Notes: generated from the sequence alone by a model not told the origin. Numbered from the stretch's first letter, positions 10,283-21,077 are shown. The stretch is DNA of 64,000 nucleotides from Nitrosopumilaceae archaeon (GCA_965207375.1 OZ242274.1:832001-896000); one strand, 5' to 3'. Numbers and translations are program-made.

Positions 10283-10585
10283 TTACCTCATACAAGGCCT
10301 GATTGCTCCATTTAACATTATTTGAGGGCTGACTTGTTATTTGCATGTTTTTGTATGTCTGGTACCTCGAGAAACTGTAGTTATAGTCTGAATCTTTGAC
10401 CATTTGACAAAATTTCCACGAGATCTAGTTTTTGTTGACTTGTGCAAACCTGATTTTAGCAAGTTTTATTCTGTCCGAATCTGCTGTAATTTTAATCAAA
10501 AAATGTACACTTTTAATATCATCAAGTCAATTTTTGTTTCATTGAATACATAAATACCCATGAATAATCATAAAACTCAGGCGCT

Positions 10586-11638
10586 ATGAAGATTAACACA
10601 CATTTAATGATAGCTTTATTGGCAGTTGGAATTCTATCTTATGGAATTTCTGCATCTTATGCACAGAACAATCCATGTGATGATGACTATGTTATGCAAA
10701 ACAACGAATGTGTTCCTGCATTTGATGATACACGTAACAGCAAAAACTTACAAATTGACACTGATAGTACTATTTATGTTGATGGCAATACCGTCCGCGT
10801 TAACGGTACTGTAAATATATCTGGTGACTTTGTAAATGCAGTAACCTTGATAGTCAAAAATCCTAGTGGCGGTATTGCAGGAGTCGCACAAATAATTCCA
10901 AATTCTGATGGCTCCTTTAAACACTCATTTCTAGCATCGGGTCCAATTTGGAAAAGTGACGGCACTTATTCAATTATGGCAAAGTATGGCTCTGATAGCT
11001 CTTCTGCGGACTTTTCCTTTGGCGGAAGCAAAGAACGTCCACCTATAACACCACCTGAACCAATAGAAGATAAGGATCCACCACCCCCACCACCTCCTCC
11101 AAAAGATGATGCTGATGATATAATAGAACCTGAACCAGTAGAAGTTGTGCCACCACAACCTGAATGTGGTCCCGGTACTGAGGCAGATGCTGACGGCATA
11201 TGTCAAATCATAAAGGAGGATCCACCAAAAGAGACACCTACTGATGATAGAAACAACAGCTGCCTGATTGCAACTGCAGCATATGGCACGGAGCTAGCCC
11301 CACAAGTTCAGCTCTTGCGAGAGATTAGAGATAACACGTTGTACAGTACAGAATCTGGAAGCTCCTTTATGGGAACCTTTAACCAAGTTTACTATTCATT
11401 CTCACCTGCCGTGGCTGACCTAGAAAGACAAAGCCCAATATTCAAGGCAGCAGTCCAGGCCGTAATCACTCCGATGATCTCCACACTTGGCATTATGACA
11501 TTGGCAGATCAAGGTTCAGAGGCACAGGTATTGGGATACGGAATCTCTGTAATTGCTCTGAACTTGGGAATGTATATTGCAGCCCCAATTGGCGCAGTCT
11601 TTACTGTTAGAAAATATTTCAAATCCAGACAACTCTAA
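10586..11638 (+). CDS. Surface protein with Ig-like domain, Pro-rich linker and CFI-box-CTERM
   Basis: Signal peptide, PPPPPPP linker, CLIATAAYGTELAPQVQLLREIRDN and a C-terminal transmembrane helix. Confidence 0.85.
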   Translation: MKINTHLMIALLAVGILSYGISASYAQNNPCDDDYVMQNNECVPAFDDTRNSKNLQIDTDSTIYVDGNTVRVNGTVNISGDFVNAVTLIVKNPSGGIAGVAQIIPNSDGSFKHSFLASGPIWKSDGTYSIMAKYGSDSSSADFSFGGSKERPPITPPEPIEDKDPPPPPPPPKDDADDIIEPEPVEVVPPQPECGPGTEADADGICQIIKEDPPKETPTDDRNNSCLIATAAYGTELAPQVQLLREIRDNTLYSTESGSSFMGTFNQVYYSFSPAVADLERQSPIFKAAVQAVITPMISTLGIMTLADQGSEAQVLGYGISVIALNLGMYIAAPIGAVFTVRKYFKSRQL

Positions 11639-11670
11639 GTTATTATACTGTTGTCTAGTCCTGTATTCTG

Positions 11671-11991
11671 ATGAATATTGAATATGAAGAGTTTGACAGT
11701 ATCGAGGATCTCTTCTTGTATCTTTCGGCTGCTGCACCTCCGATGAAAAATACAATGCCGATAAATTCCTACAAAGGTAATGTCATGTCCTTTATTCCGC
11801 TGAGTCCTTCAGGTGAAAACTATCTGATGATCTTTGCCAAGGGAGCCCTAGATTCTGGAATCTATGAGTTTGACGTAAATTCAAAGTCATACAAAAAAGT
11901 AGAGGCAATAGAACGGGCTGACAAAAATTACTTTGTGTCCATTACTCCTAAAAGAAATACAATTGCAGACGCTGCCTTGGCCAATCTATAA
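11671..11991 (+). CDS. Conserved hypothetical protein
   Basis: 106-aa ORF filling the gap between genes, with normal composition. Confidence 0.7.
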   Translation: MNIEYEEFDSIEDLFLYLSAAAPPMKNTMPINSYKGNVMSFIPLSPSGENYLMIFAKGALDSGIYEFDVNSKSYKKVEAIERADKNYFVSITPKRNTIADAALANL

Positions 11992-13569
11992 TTTTTTTGT
12001 CTCTATTTTTGGAGCAGAAACCGATCTGCTTCTTGCGTATTTTTCCATAATCTCATCTGGAGTCCTTCCATTGAATAGATCCTTACACAATCCTCTCAGA
12101 TACCTCATGATTGCCCACGTGCCTGCCTTGATAATACCGTACATGAACACCTTCATTGGGGGACCATAGGTCTTGTTTCTGAGTATGATTGGAATAATAT
12201 CGTTGATTACTCGCAGATTGTTTTCCCAACACTTCCAAAACAGTGTAAATTGTGCCTCATTTAGATTCCCAAAATGCATAGAGTTTTTTTCACTAAAGTC
12301 TTGATACAGTAACGGTGCTACTAGGCCCCTAAAGTCCATCGCCCTAAAGTCTGCCATCATGTCAATTGTATGCTGTACGTCTTCTGGCGTTTCATCAGGC
12401 CAGCCGATAATGATGGTTGCAGCAGGAAACCAATGATTTTCATTTAGTATCTTTGCCCCTTCTCTGACTACGCTTCCCCATTCTTCGGGTGCAAATGGCC
12501 TTGTTTTGACTCCCAAGTGCTTTTTGACCATTTTAGGTGCCACCGTTTCTATTCCCAGGTTGGTTGCAAGCCATCTGCCTGTTTCGTCTTGTTTGTTGAT
12601 GGTTGAAATGTTGTGCATCAGTTCTGGGTCTGCTGCCACTGCTGAAAAAGTCATATGTGTGGTTCCAACAAAGTTTGCGCCAAGTCCCTTCAAATTGCCC
12701 CAAAGATCTGTAATTGCATCCCTGTTTGGAATAAAGTCCCTGTTGTCACATCCGTAAAGCAACATTTCATCTGAATGCAGCCATATTGAATCAAATCCAT
12801 AATCTAGATTGATTTTTGCCTCCCTCTGAAGCCTGTCAACTGGCAAATCCTTTTTTGATCTCTTGTTTACATCGCAAAAGTCACACCCTCTTCCGCATCC
12901 TCTCATCGCTTCAATTAGCGAATTCACAGTGGGACCCTCAATTTCTGGAATGTTTTGAATATTTTTAACAAAGCAGTGCATCAGTTCTGGGGCATCGCCT
13001 TTTTCCAAGTCATGGAACAAATCTAGTGCAAGCTCATCTGCCTCACCCACTACTACAGTATCAATTCCGTGAATCTTCATTCTGTCTGTTTTTGCAAGCT
13101 CCCAAGCTCCGTTGCCCCCAACTACCACATGAAAGTCGTGCTTTTTCTTTAATTGAATTATCTTGGCACACATGCGTTTGAATTTCATTGCAACATAGGA
13201 TAGTTTTTCAGGAGACATTGTAGTAGTTACAGGTGCCATGCCTAGTGGATCCATTACGTTGATTCCTACCACCTTGGTATCTGCGCCGATTGATTTTTCT
13301 AACATGTCTGGATTTGCCATAAATACTTCGTCTCTAGAATATCCTTGGAGCAATGCGCTTTCTATGCGCCGCAGTCCTACCTGGGCCACCTTTACCTGAC
13401 CTGTGATCGGATCGGTCTCTACTGCAGGACAAAAAACCTTGTCAAAGACCCATTCTGGTAGAACCTCGTATGGACCACAGGCAATGAATCCGTAAAGGAA
13501 ATTTCCCCTATAATTTGTCATTAAACTTCTATCTGCTGTAAGTACTATTCTTTTACCAGACAATCTCAA
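11986..13569 (-). CDS. Radical SAM protein with N-terminal B12-binding-like domain
   Basis: RGCGRGCDFC (CxxxCxxC), VVVGGNG and VVGEA motifs. Confidence 0.88.
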   Translation of the reverse strand: MRLSGKRIVLTADRSLMTNYRGNFLYGFIACGPYEVLPEWVFDKVFCPAVETDPITGQVKVAQVGLRRIESALLQGYSRDEVFMANPDMLEKSIGADTKVVGINVMDPLGMAPVTTTMSPEKLSYVAMKFKRMCAKIIQLKKKHDFHVVVGGNGAWELAKTDRMKIHGIDTVVVGEADELALDLFHDLEKGDAPELMHCFVKNIQNIPEIEGPTVNSLIEAMRGCGRGCDFCDVNKRSKKDLPVDRLQREAKINLDYGFDSIWLHSDEMLLYGCDNRDFIPNRDAITDLWGNLKGLGANFVGTTHMTFSAVAADPELMHNISTINKQDETGRWLATNLGIETVAPKMVKKHLGVKTRPFAPEEWGSVVREGAKILNENHWFPAATIIIGWPDETPEDVQHTIDMMADFRAMDFRGLVAPLLYQDFSEKNSMHFGNLNEAQFTLFWKCWENNLRVINDIIPIILRNKTYGPPMKVFMYGIIKAGTWAIMRYLRGLCKDLFNGRTPDEIMEKYARSRSVSAPKIETKKL

Positions 13570-13844
13570 TCTGATGCTTGCCGTATGGTATATATCATTT
13601 ACGAGATCCGTCTTGGCAAGCTGCTATATTCTTAATACAATTTTCAGTATATCTTGGATGTTCATGCAGGTACAGCATTGTCTTGATTAAATTATGACTG
13701 CAACTTTTTGCTCATTGATACAATTAATATCATCTGGTTTTTGATATTTGGTAATTCTAGTCTGATTTTGAGTGTGCATGATTTTGTATGCAAGTCGATA
13801 TGTCACCAATTATCTTCTGTATCGCGTTGATTTTCAAATGTGAT

Positions 13845-14114
13845 TTATTGCTTGATCTTTGATTGGTAGATTAACAGTACTCCCACTCCAATTATTGCAT
13901 ACAGGAGCAGTGATAAACCAGTATTGTGAAGACACCAATCATACTCAGATAGCGAGCCTCCAAACACTTCAAGGAAATGTTCCGAACGCAGGTGACACTG
14001 AATCGTAAACTCGTGAACCGTCTGAAACCTATCTGGATTGTACGGCCGCAAAGAAAATATCGTTCCAACTATAATAGATATTGTCCCTACCAAAAATATT
14101 TTTTTGTGTTTCAT
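13845..14114 (-). CDS. Small two-TM membrane protein, partner of the upstream secreted orphan
   Basis: Two hydrophobic helices around a loop with two Cys. Lies 16 nt downstream of the 242-aa ORF. Confidence 0.6.
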   Translation of the reverse strand: MKHKKIFLVGTISIIVGTIFSLRPYNPDRFQTVHEFTIQCHLRSEHFLEVFGGSLSEYDWCLHNTGLSLLLYAIIGVGVLLIYQSKIKQ

Positions 14115-14130
14115 GTCAAAATCAAAAAAA

Positions 14131-14859
14131 TCATATGATGTTAGTTACAGAGTACTGAATAGAGTATTTCCAAGAATTTTTTGGATTATTGAATGATTGC
14201 CCAATTCCCGCATTATGTTGTGCATCATGGAAAAATGAGGTGCCATCACTATCTGTAACTGTCTGTTTTGTCGTAGAACCTTGCTTTAATTTAGATACAA
14301 AATTAAAGTCCACATGTAAACCTGAGCCTGTAACCTTGTAGAAGCCTTCACTCCAAGCGTGATTCGCTACAAGTGATATATTTCGTATTCCGGTTTGATT
14401 TTCACCCAACTGAACTCCATTATCATTCCATTCCCAACAAGTTAAAATCCACCAACAGTCATGTGCATATCCTGTATAGAAATAAGGATTTGCTACAGCA
14501 TATGCAGAAGGTATGAAATCACCTTCATCCACCATTGTATTTTCTTGACCTATGTGCTTAGCTGATACCTTTGCCCAATATGCTTTATCTTGTTGATATT
14601 TTTCAGTATATGTGATACCAAATTCCTCAAGTTGACTCACTAGTACATCCATTTGTTTTTTCAAACCCTGTTTTGTTTTTAAATTATCTTCATCGATCCA
14701 TTTGAAATATTTTTTCTCAAAAGTACTACCTAATTTGTCAATTTTAGTTTTGTCAGGTTGATCATTTGTTGTAGCGTCTATATTTATTATTGAAAATGAA
14801 AGCACCATTGAAACAATCAAAAAAACAAATAGTACAGTTTTTGCACCATTGACAATCAT
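14131..14859 (-). CDS. Secreted orphan protein (helical pro-like region plus Trp/Cys-rich C-terminal domain)
   Basis: Signal peptide, HDCWWILTCWEW motif, AT-rich, TATA 21 nt upstream of the ATG. Confidence 0.7.
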   Translation of the reverse strand: MIVNGAKTVLFVFLIVSMVLSFSIINIDATTNDQPDKTKIDKLGSTFEKKYFKWIDEDNLKTKQGLKKQMDVLVSQLEEFGITYTEKYQQDKAYWAKVSAKHIGQENTMVDEGDFIPSAYAVANPYFYTGYAHDCWWILTCWEWNDNGVQLGENQTGIRNISLVANHAWSEGFYKVTGSGLHVDFNFVSKLKQGSTTKQTVTDSDGTSFFHDAQHNAGIGQSFNNPKNSWKYSIQYSVTNII

Positions 14860-14880
14860 TACATTCCCTAACCTTGATAG

Positions 14881-14913
14881 TTATATAAGAAAATATATCT
14901 AATTACGGCATGC
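14881..14913 (-). promoter_or_regulatory. TATA box with conserved upstream motif GCATGCCGTAA (site 1)
   Basis: TATA 14881-14888, 14-nt spacer, motif 14903-14913. Same geometry at 31579-31612 and 56727-56760. Confidence 0.7.
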
Positions 14914-15060
14914 TTCACTGATATAACACATACTAGAAACTTGATTCACAGTGAGCCTAGATGCAAATTCTAGATCAATCTGCACATAATTTGCCTTTTG
15001 CAGATATTTGGATAGCATATCTGTCTTGATTATTAGCAGATATTTTCAAAGCATCAAAAA

Positions 15061-15837
15061 TTATTTTGAATTTTGGCTTGCTCTGTTTGCAATGTTTGCT
15101 GCAATGGCACCTGCTGCAACTCCGTTATCAATATTTACTACTGACAATCCAAGCGAACAGCTTTGTAACATTGATGCTAGTGCTGCTATTCCCTTTTTGC
15201 CGTATCCGTATCCTACCGAGGTTGGAACCCCTATCACCGGAATATTTACCAAAGATGCCACAACTGTGGCTAGGGCCCCTTCCATGCCTGCCACTACAAC
15301 TATGGCATCTGCGTCATTTTTGACAAACTCCTTGAGAACCGGCATAACTCTGTGGATTCCTGCCACTCCAACATCATAGCTTGTAATGCATTTACAGTTC
15401 ATCGCCTCTGCTACAAGTCTTGCCTCCTCTGCCACTCCAACATCGGAGGTGCCTGCCGTAAGAACTCCTACTGTACCGCCTGATTTTTTGACCATTTTTT
15501 TGTAGACTGTAATTGTAGAACAATTTCTTCCCTGCTTGATGTTATAGTCTAGTTTGGTTACAAACTCTATGATTTTTTTCTTGTGCTCTTTTTTGATTCG
15601 AGACACTAGTATTACGTTTGATTTTTTCATTACCTTTTGTATGATTTTTTTGATTTCTGCAAGCTGTTTTGTCTCTGCAAAAATTACCTCAGGTACGCCC
15701 CTTCTTTTTCTTCGGTCCGAGTCTATTTTTGCAAAATTTTCTATTTTTTCAATAGAGTACAGTGACAACAATTTTTTTGCCTCACTGACTTTTATCTTAC
15801 CTGATTCCAATGATGACAGTATCTCGTCTAATTCCAC
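15061..15837 (-). CDS. larB: Nickel-pincer cofactor biosynthesis carboxylase LarB (PurE-like)
   Basis: TAGTSD, DVGVAGIHR, AGMEGAL, PTSVGYG and VVNIDNG motifs. Confidence 0.9.
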   Translation of the reverse strand: MELDEILSSLESGKIKVSEAKKLLSLYSIEKIENFAKIDSDRRKRRGVPEVIFAETKQLAEIKKIIQKVMKKSNVILVSRIKKEHKKKIIEFVTKLDYNIKQGRNCSTITVYKKMVKKSGGTVGVLTAGTSDVGVAEEARLVAEAMNCKCITSYDVGVAGIHRVMPVLKEFVKNDADAIVVVAGMEGALATVVASLVNIPVIGVPTSVGYGYGKKGIAALASMLQSCSLGLSVVNIDNGVAAGAIAANIANRASQNSK

Positions 15838-15871
15838 AACTCTTTTTGATAATAATTTTTATAAAAATCTA

Positions 15872-16786
15872 TTATATTTCTACCTGTGAAATTGCATCCT
15901 TTACGTTTGCAACTGCTGCATCAAAGAGCTGTTTTTCTGCCTCATTGAAATCTAGTTCGATGATCTTTTCTACGCCGTTTTTGCCAATCACTGCAGGAAC
16001 CCCTATTGTAACGTCTGAATGTCCGTATTCGCCATCAAGATATGTCGAAATTGGAATCACCTGTTTTTGATCCCTAACTATTGATTCAATCATTGCTGAA
16101 ATGGCGTTTCCTGGAGCGTGAACCGTTGCACCCTTTAATTCTATAACCTTGGCTGCAACTCCCTTTGTATTTTGCACAATTTCATCTATTTTTTCTTTTT
16201 CCAACATTGATGTTAACGGAATTCCAGATACTGATGAGAATCTTGGCAACGGCATCATGTTTTCTCCATGCTCTCCTACAACTAGTGCCCTTATAGAGTC
16301 ACGAGAATGGCCGGTTGCCTCGTGGATGAACTGTCTGAATCTTGAAAGGTCTAGCATTCCTCCCATCCCAAATACTCTATTTCTTTGAAAACCTGATACC
16401 TTGTAGGTAATGTATGCCATCGGGTCCAGAGGATTTGTTACCGGAATAATCATTGAATCATTTGCATAGGTCTTGATGTTTTGCACCACACTCTTTACTA
16501 TACCTGCATTGATTTTTAGCAGATCCATTCTCGTCATTCCAGGCTTTCTACCAGAGCCTGCTACAACCACTACGATATCTGAACCCTTCATTTCTGAATA
16601 GTCATTTGAGCCTTTGACATTGACATCGATTCCTAATTCGGACAAGGCATGATTGATATCCATCGCCTCGCCCTGTGGCAGTCCCTCTGCAATATCTAAA
16701 AGCAAAATTTGGTCGTCTAGTTTTTTCAATGCACAAAACAGTGCCGCATCTCCTCCAACCTTGCCGGAGCCTATTATTGTAATCAT
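15872..16786 (-). CDS. mdh: Malate dehydrogenase (LDH-like)
   Basis: [24 protein letters not shown] and GEHG motifs. Confidence 0.93.
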   Translation of the reverse strand: MITIIGSGKVGGDAALFCALKKLDDQILLLDIAEGLPQGEAMDINHALSELGIDVNVKGSNDYSEMKGSDIVVVVAGSGRKPGMTRMDLLKINAGIVKSVVQNIKTYANDSMIIPVTNPLDPMAYITYKVSGFQRNRVFGMGGMLDLSRFRQFIHEATGHSRDSIRALVVGEHGENMMPLPRFSSVSGIPLTSMLEKEKIDEIVQNTKGVAAKVIELKGATVHAPGNAISAMIESIVRDQKQVIPISTYLDGEYGHSDVTIGVPAVIGKNGVEKIIELDFNEAEKQLFDAAVANVKDAISQVEI

Positions 16787-17116
16787 GAATCGACTGTAAT
16801 TTCTCAATAATTAAATCTAGTGACCTGATGCGTGATATTTGGAAGCATCCTAGTTTTACTCTTGGAATTTTAGACCTGTTTTGATCAACTGATCAAAGCA
16901 GCTAGAGTTTTTTTCACGCTAATTGATATATCCAATGCCTCTGGGAATTTCTCGTAATTTGATTTTTAAAAATTCAATATTTGGTTTAGGCTTGTTTGTT
17001 TACTAGACATCTCAAGCCTGCAACAAAATCTGTCAAACTAAAACAGATATCACATGTTAACCTGTTTTTGACAAAAATCTAGTCTAAAATACCGCAATCT
17101 GAATCATGCAAAATAT

Positions 17117-18907
17117 CTAGCGTGTATAATAGAAATTGCCTGTATTTTTTTGATCCTTGTCTAGTCTACTATCAATCTTGTTTACGCGCGGCCGCAATGA
17201 CTTTTCATCACGTCTAAACGACATGTCCAATGATTTAAGGAATCTATTCATTGCTGCAGACTTTGGCATAGGCTCTGTTGCGTGTCCCTCTAATCCGGAC
17301 GTACCCTCAAAGATTACCATCGTATCTGAAAGAAGATCCATCAGCTGTACATCGTGATCAATTACTATTGCAGACTTTGCAAACGAGCGAACAAACTTTT
17401 GCAGGAATTTTGCCACCGCGATCCTATCCTCCACATCTAAAAATGCAGACGGCTCATCAAGGGCATACAAATCCACCTTTTGTAGCAAGCATGTTGCAAT
17501 GGCCACTTTTTGCAGTTCCCCGCCTGACAGATTTTTCACCGATTTGTTGTATAATTTTTTAATCTTTAGAGGATCAATAATTTGCTCCTCCTGCTGACTT
17601 CCCTCAATTGCCCCCTCGTTTACCGTATCTAGCAGTGATACTACATCTGTCTTTATGTCGTTTTGAAGATACTGTGGCTTGTAGGCAATCTTGATCTTTT
17701 TATCAATGCTGCCAGAATCGGGCTTTTCAACTCCTGCAATCATCTTCATCATCGTGGTTTTTCCCAACGCATTTGCACCCATTATTCCTACAATCTCTCC
17801 TCTTCGTACCCTTCCTGCATCAATTGAGACTGAAAATGTAGGATATTTTTTCTCAAGTTTTGGATAGGTAATAATTTCACTTCCCTCCTGAAACTCTTCT
17901 GTTGAGGTTGATGAGGCATCAAATGTAAATTTCTTGTCTCTGAATCTAACATTTTCATTTGGCAAATATCCGTCCAAAAACACATTGATTCCTACCTTTG
18001 TTGAAAGAACGTTTGAGACTATTCCGTATGCTGCCGGTTCGCCGTACAATACCTCGATATAGTCGCTAAGATAATCAAGCAGTGTCAAATCGTGCTCTAC
18101 TACCATGACGCTTTTTCCAATTTTGGCCAAATTTTGAATGGTTCTTGCTACTCCTCTTCTTTGAAAAACATCGTTGTAAGATGAAGGCTCGTCAAAGAAA
18201 TAAAATTCTGTATCCTTGGATGCTGCAACTGCAACTGCTAGTCTTTGCAGTTCCCCGCCGCTTAGTTCTTTGATACTTTGCTCCATGGAATTTTCCAATC
18301 CTAGGTCTACAGTCAACTGTCTTGAGACTCCACGCTGGTCATATTTTTCCAAAAGTTCCTTTCCGGTTCCATCAAATGCCTGTGCAACATGATGCACCTG
18401 TTGTGGCTTGATAGATGCACTGATTTGGCCGTCCCTAATTTTTTGAAAATGTGATTTAAGCTCAGTCCCACCGTATCGTGTTAAAATTTCATCCCATTCT
18501 GGTGGATTTTCATAGTTTCCCAGATTTGGCTTTAGATTTCCTGAGAGGATGTTTACAACGGTACTTTTTCCCATTCCGTTTCTTCCAAGCAGTCCCATCA
18601 CCTCTCCCTTTTTTGGAGTAGGCAATCTGTACAGTCTAAATGAATTAATTCCATACTGATGAATCTTGTCTGTTGCAAGCTCTGATGCTAGATTGACTAT
18701 TGTTATTGCATCAAAGGGACATACCTTTACACATATTCCACACCCATTGCAGATATCCTCGTCAATTTGCGCCTTTTTTGTCTCCTTGTTTAGTACGATG
18801 CATTCTGCGCCTGACTTGTTTACCGGGCAGTACTTTATGCACTCCAAACCGCATTTTTTTGGCTGACACAGTTCCTTGTCTAAAACTGCAACCCTGTGAG
18901 TCATCAA
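17117..18907 (-). CDS. rli1: Ribosome recycling ATPase ABCE1/RLI1
   Basis: Two FeS clusters (CQPKKC...CNGCGICVKVCP) and two ABC domains with LSGGELQ. Confidence 0.96.
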   Translation of the reverse strand: MMTHRVAVLDKELCQPKKCGLECIKYCPVNKSGAECIVLNKETKKAQIDEDICNGCGICVKVCPFDAITIVNLASELATDKIHQYGINSFRLYRLPTPKKGEVMGLLGRNGMGKSTVVNILSGNLKPNLGNYENPPEWDEILTRYGGTELKSHFQKIRDGQISASIKPQQVHHVAQAFDGTGKELLEKYDQRGVSRQLTVDLGLENSMEQSIKELSGGELQRLAVAVAASKDTEFYFFDEPSSYNDVFQRRGVARTIQNLAKIGKSVMVVEHDLTLLDYLSDYIEVLYGEPAAYGIVSNVLSTKVGINVFLDGYLPNENVRFRDKKFTFDASSTSTEEFQEGSEIITYPKLEKKYPTFSVSIDAGRVRRGEIVGIMGANALGKTTMMKMIAGVEKPDSGSIDKKIKIAYKPQYLQNDIKTDVVSLLDTVNEGAIEGSQQEEQIIDPLKIKKLYNKSVKNLSGGELQKVAIATCLLQKVDLYALDEPSAFLDVEDRIAVAKFLQKFVRSFAKSAIVIDHDVQLMDLLSDTMVIFEGTSGLEGHATEPMPKSAAMNRFLKSLDMSFRRDEKSLRPRVNKIDSRLDKDQKNTGNFYYTR

Positions 18908-19176
18908 ATAACTCTCTAGATATCGGTTTAATACCCTTTTGACGGGACATTTTGTAGTATGTCAGGTTCCTGATATCGTTTCAGTATGTTTTCCTAGATA
19001 CTTGTATTTCATTTCTCTCAAATTATAATGCAGCTCATGATGTCAAATGTTTTTGCATCTGCATCTGATACAAGATTTATCGTAGTTAGTAGCGTAACAC
19101 AAATTCTAAGACACAATTCATCACATTTTTCACTAGTTTAGGCAGAGTTGCGCTAGATAACTTTCGTAACATTAAG

Positions 19177-19216
19177 AGGCTAGATTCGGCGTGACGAGTT
19201 TACGTAAACCGTGCCT
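19177..19216. repeat. Dispersed ~41-bp intergenic repeat, copy 2
   Basis: Matches 5655-5695. Confidence 0.6.
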
Positions 19217-19303
19217 AGAATCAGATATACAGGCAGTAAACCAGAAGTCTCTTACGTCATTTTGGCAGTTACCTTAATAGATAACTTTTGTACCATACAA
19301 TTT

Positions 19304-19421
19304 AAGCCGGCCATAGCGTTAGGGTGCGACCCAATCCCTTTCCGAACTTGGAAGTCAAACCTGACGTCGCTGTTGTGTTACTTAGATGCGAGAGCTCTTG
19401 GGAAGCAATAGTGCTGGCATC
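19304..19421 (+). rRNA. rrf: 5S rRNA
   Basis: gccggccatagcg...ccctttccgaacttggaagtcaaacc...gggaagcaatagtgctggc. Terminal helix, typical 5S motifs, and a T-run downstream. Confidence 0.92.
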
Positions 19422-19456
19422 TTTTAGTTTTAATTTGAGTCATTATACGATACATC

Positions 19457-19585
19457 ATGCAGAATTGTTCTGTTTGTGGTCAATCCTGTGATAATGACAT
19501 AAGGCTGTTAAATCACATGATGGAAAAACACGGCTGGAGGAATCCAAATGTCGGCAAGCCGGATAGAAACAGCAGAGGCTATTGA
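19457..19585 (+). CDS. 42-aa C2H2 zinc-finger microprotein
   Basis: MQNCSVCGQSCDNDIRLLNHMMEKHGWRNPNVGKPDRNSRGY*, with C-x2-C-x12-H-x4-H. Fits exactly between the 5S gene and the pepA stop. Confidence 0.7.
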   Translation: MQNCSVCGQSCDNDIRLLNHMMEKHGWRNPNVGKPDRNSRGY

Positions 19586-19586
19586 A

Positions 19587-21050
19587 TTATTTTCTAAAAT
19601 AATCCAAGACCAACCTTACGCCAAATCCTGTGGCCCCTTTGGGATTGTACGGCTTGGATTTTGTTGCAGTTTGTGTCCATGCCACTCCTGCAATATCAAA
19701 ATGGATCCATGGTGTTTTTTGCGTTGCCTCTTTTAGAAACGCAGCTGCCGTTATGGTACCTGCAGCCCTTGCTATTCCCATGTTTTTTATGTCTGCAACA
19801 TCTGACTTTATCATGTTCATATAATCATCATTGAGGGGCAGCTGCCAGACCTCCTCTGTGGTATGTTCTGATGATGCCTTGAATTTATCTGCTAATTTTT
19901 GATCATTTGTTATCATTGCTGCCACGTTTGTGCCAAGTGCAACAATACATGCACCTGTCAGTGTTGCAAAATCTATAATTGCTTTGGGAGAATATTTTTT
20001 CTCACCATATGTCAACGCATCTGCAAGAATAAGCCTGCCTTCTGCATCCGTATTTACAATCTCTGCAGTTTTTTTGCTGTATAGTTTTATAATGTCTCCT
20101 GGCCTGTATGACTCTCCACCTGGCATATTTTCTACAGATGGAATAATTCCTACAATATTTTGCGGAATTTTCAACTCTGAAACTGCCTTCATTATACCTA
20201 GTACTGTACACCCACCACATTTGTCAAACTTCATCTCCTCCATTTTTTCTCCAGGTTTTAGAGAAATACCACCTGTGTCAAATGTTACTGCTTTTCCAAC
20301 TATGACAGTTGGCCTCTGATCTGCCCTTCCACCTTTGTACTCTAAAACTATTAACTTTGGTTCGTTTTTACTCCCCTGACCTACCGCACTAATTCCACCA
20401 AATCCACGTTTTTGTAACTCTGCCTTTGAAATAACGGTACATTTGATCCTGTTTTTTGCAAGTGTTTTTGAAATGTTTGCCAATGTGGTAGGAGTGCAGT
20501 AATTGGGCGGCAGGTTTGCAATTTCCTTGGTAAAAATTACGGCATCTGCAATTTTTTGTGCATCTGAGATTACTCTGCGCATTTTAGCAGACTCTGAGAC
20601 CAGTATACTAATCTCTGGAACCGTGTCTTTTTTACTCTTGTAGGTGTCAAATGAAAACAATGACATTTTTGCACCCTCGACAATCTGGGCAGCAGATTCA
20701 AACTGATTATACGTGTGGCTTTTTGGAACAACAATTGAAAACTCTGAAACACCTATCTCCTTTGCCTTTAATGCTATTTTGCCTGCAGCAAACCTAAAGG
20801 TATCGTTTGTAATATCATTGCCCAATCCGACTAGCAGAATTCTTTGTGCAGGCAGCCGCCCTAGCGTATTAATTATTGAAATTTTTCCAAGTTTTCCCTG
20901 TATTTCTTTGATTGACTGTCTTATCGCATTTGAAATTTTTGCATCTGTTTTTTCTAAACCTGGTACCTGATTTGAATTCCCCAAAACAAACGAGCATAAC
21001 AGCTGCGTTTTTTTCTTTTCTGGACTGATATCCTGGATTTTTACAGACAT
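19587..21050 (-). CDS. pepA: Leucyl aminopeptidase (M17)
   Basis: VGKAVTFDTGG, MKFD, NTDAEGRL and HFDIAG motifs. Confidence 0.95.
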   Translation of the reverse strand: MSVKIQDISPEKKKTQLLCSFVLGNSNQVPGLEKTDAKISNAIRQSIKEIQGKLGKISIINTLGRLPAQRILLVGLGNDITNDTFRFAAGKIALKAKEIGVSEFSIVVPKSHTYNQFESAAQIVEGAKMSLFSFDTYKSKKDTVPEISILVSESAKMRRVISDAQKIADAVIFTKEIANLPPNYCTPTTLANISKTLAKNRIKCTVISKAELQKRGFGGISAVGQGSKNEPKLIVLEYKGGRADQRPTVIVGKAVTFDTGGISLKPGEKMEEMKFDKCGGCTVLGIMKAVSELKIPQNIVGIIPSVENMPGGESYRPGDIIKLYSKKTAEIVNTDAEGRLILADALTYGEKKYSPKAIIDFATLTGACIVALGTNVAAMITNDQKLADKFKASSEHTTEEVWQLPLNDDYMNMIKSDVADIKNMGIARAAGTITAAAFLKEATQKTPWIHFDIAGVAWTQTATKSKPYNPKGATGFGVRLVLDYFRK

Positions 21051-21077
21051 TTGTAGTATGTGTATTGTGCCAATATT

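Noticed and set aside
11040-11170. ccacca-rich low-complexity tract
   Set aside because: It simply encodes the Pro-rich linker of the CFI-box protein.
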